DNA of 64,000 nucleotides. It comes from Camelus ferus (taxonomy: Eukaryota). The stretch is taken from positions 17,856,001 to 17,920,000 of the forward strand of contig NC_045715.1 in assembly GCF_009834535.1 (NCBI RefSeq). The letters are read 5' to 3'. The notes under the pieces were generated by a model. It made no database searches. It worked only from the letters and a program-made list of their open reading frames with translations, and was not told where the DNA came from. How positions within the stretch are numbered: the stretch's first letter is position 1; each line of letters starts with the position of its first letter. Position numbers and translations under genes: made by a program. Shown piece after piece: positions 63,332-64,000 of this stretch.

Positions 63332-64000
63332 TCTTTTGTCCCTCCTAGAGCCCATGGAGTGCCACCCTCACGAACCCTTCTAGTAGCATTCTCGAACGGT
63401 AAATCATCCAGGAAACGGGAGCCCAAATTTCAGGGATGCAGGAAAAATGGAAAGGACTTTAGGTAGGCTGTTACCACCGGTAAACAATTCTAACGCAAAA
63501 TTAGTAAGTTCCAACTGTGCACGAAGATTTCGAGGTAATGTCTCCAACAGAAGGGCCTACAGCAACCACAAATGATTTTGTTGTTTCCCCAGTGCCGGGG
63601 TGAGTTCAGTTCCGGCAAGGAAATGCCCCTACGTGTCCTTCACGAAGCCAGGACATCTCCAAGATCCCTCAGACTCCTCCCCCTCCTTAGGGCAGCTTCA
63701 ATAATCATTCCGAGGGTCTCTACTCTCTCAGATTCTAACCCATTCATTACCCGTCAGAGAAATTCCAATCTCCATCAGAAACTTTAAAGGGCAGGGTGGG
63801 GAGGAGTGCGCACTTTGAACAGTTTAGCGAGTACCTGGACTTTTAGTCTAGGGAAAACGGAAAATGTGATGTGAAAGTTATCTAGGTATTGCAGTACAGC
63901 AGTATGTTTCTCTTAAAAAAGACAGAAAAGAGCTGACCTTTAAACTAGAATTTGGCTCTAGCTGTTAAGATTGCTTGTACTATCAACGCTACTGGAGTAT

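Overview
Mammalian (vertebrate, intron-containing) genomic DNA. It is most likely from a camelid, based on two tRNA-derived SINEs that match my recollection of the Tylopoda-specific Vic-1 family. The gene order matches the start of the major replication-dependent histone cluster (human 6p22.2 synteny). From left to right: the 5' end of SLC17A2 (minus strand); a complete, intact TRIM38 gene (plus strand, 6 coding exons, 464 aa, RING/B-box/coiled-coil/PRY-SPRY); a repeat-rich interval containing a gene-less CpG island and a young solo LTR; then H1-1, H3C1, H4C1, H4C2, H3C2 and H2AC4, each with a 3' stem-loop and downstream element. Several things are not visible in the ORF track: a decayed, unprocessed H3.1 pseudogene next to H1-1; histone-type promoters with no histone ORF behind them (one points antisense into the 3' end of H4C2, one is the H2B half of the H2AC4 promoter); a 36-nt TRIM38 5'UTR microexon that holds a complete uORF; and a 730-bp solo LTR with a perfect 5-bp TSD and three internal repeat arrays. 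There are five N runs; the two inside histone genes preserve exact CDS length, so they look like masking rather than true assembly gaps. Nothing here is prokaryotic (no CRISPR, rRNA or true tRNA genes). Histone symbols are assigned by synteny, and repeat family names and boundaries are by eye and approximate.
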